Below, one piece after another: positions 6,017 through 6,701 of a DNA stretch of 6,701 bases. The notes beneath the pieces are model-generated. The model was not told the DNA's origin. It made no database searches and was given only the letters and a program-made list of their open reading frames with translations. How positions within the stretch are numbered: position 1 is the first letter of the stretch; the number at the start of each line of letters is the position of its first letter. Origin of the DNA: Vitrella brassicaformis CCMP3155 (lineage: Eukaryota > Protista > Chromerida); the NCBI GenBank assembly GCA_001179505.1, contig CDMY01001001.1:1-6701 (forward strand). Direction: 5' to 3'. The position numbers and the translations under genes were made by a program.

Positions 6017-6701
6017 TTTGAGTTGCTCATTTTTTGTCCACCACGGCCACATTCAAGTATGATCATCATGAAGTGACACCAGACGCACTAATCGGACATC
6101 TCTGCTGCACCCTTCGAGAGTGTGGGGGGCAGGGTCCCCGTGAGGTTAACGAACGAAACGAAACGATGCACTCTGAGGCCGCGAGTGGCCACTGGTGTAG
6201 TTCCGTGCCTCAAGCATGCATCCATGCAACATGCACGAAGCAAAAACTCCACGCACGCTCCACATGAACACTGAAGGGGCACACCACCAAGTCTTCAAAG
6301 CTGGGCACCCATGTCTGGCTCCGTCACTGCAGATCCGTCTGCACGCCCCGTGCGCGCCCTCCTACACGTTCATGCCGTACTTGCTTGGTGCTTCCGTGCT
6401 TCAACATAAGACCAGGCCAGTGGCCACCTACGATCACTCCGTGAATCGGTGTTTTTCTATTTATACATATCGATACGCGACTGCTCACCGATGCGTGAGT
6501 GATAGTCGACGGATGGGTGTGATTTGCTTCATGACGGGCCGATAGACTCTACCTGCCAGTTGCGTAACGCAGTGGTCAAGCGAGATATCGGCTAAGGCAC
6601 ACCAAGCACAAGGAGCCTTCACGGAACACGCAGGAGTCTTTTGCACGTGAAGCAGTGATCGCCCTAACGCTGATTGGGCGGATCTATGGATCATCTTAGG
6701 C

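Noticed and set aside
5415-6052. Repeated 63-75 aa ORFs within the tandem array
   Set aside because: They recur only because the DNA repeats, and differences between copies show no synonymous bias.
6034-6694. ORFs 6034..6267, 6088..6282, 6216..6545 and 6485..6694
   Set aside because: Overlapping, short and motif-less. A possible exon at 6058-6139 (AAG|...|GTGAGG) is too weak to call.

Overview
This is eukaryotic genomic DNA: short GT-AG intron signals, CT/CA-rich tracts and no prokaryotic features. A protist or alveolate-like host is only a guess. The main structure is an intact, young, 3193-bp LTR retroelement at 1257-4449 (+). It has two 166-bp LTRs differing at 2 positions, a perfect 5-bp target-site duplication (GAGGA), a copia/Ty5-type half-tRNA(iMet) primer-binding site and a polypurine tract. 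Three things are unusual. Both LTRs end in AG...CT instead of TG...CA. The element encodes only a frameshifted Copia-like Gag with an expanded zinc knuckle and no pol. The ~1.8 kb where pol should be holds a run of antisense GT-AG introns, suggesting a spliced antisense cargo transcript. The element sits ~150 bp upstream of a minus-strand ORF for an 89-aa signal-peptide, 6-Cys secreted protein. To the right are a 300-N gap flanked by poly-G, about three copies of a 217-bp tandem repeat and a G-quadruplex motif. Bases 1-750 and 6020-6701 could not be annotated with confidence.
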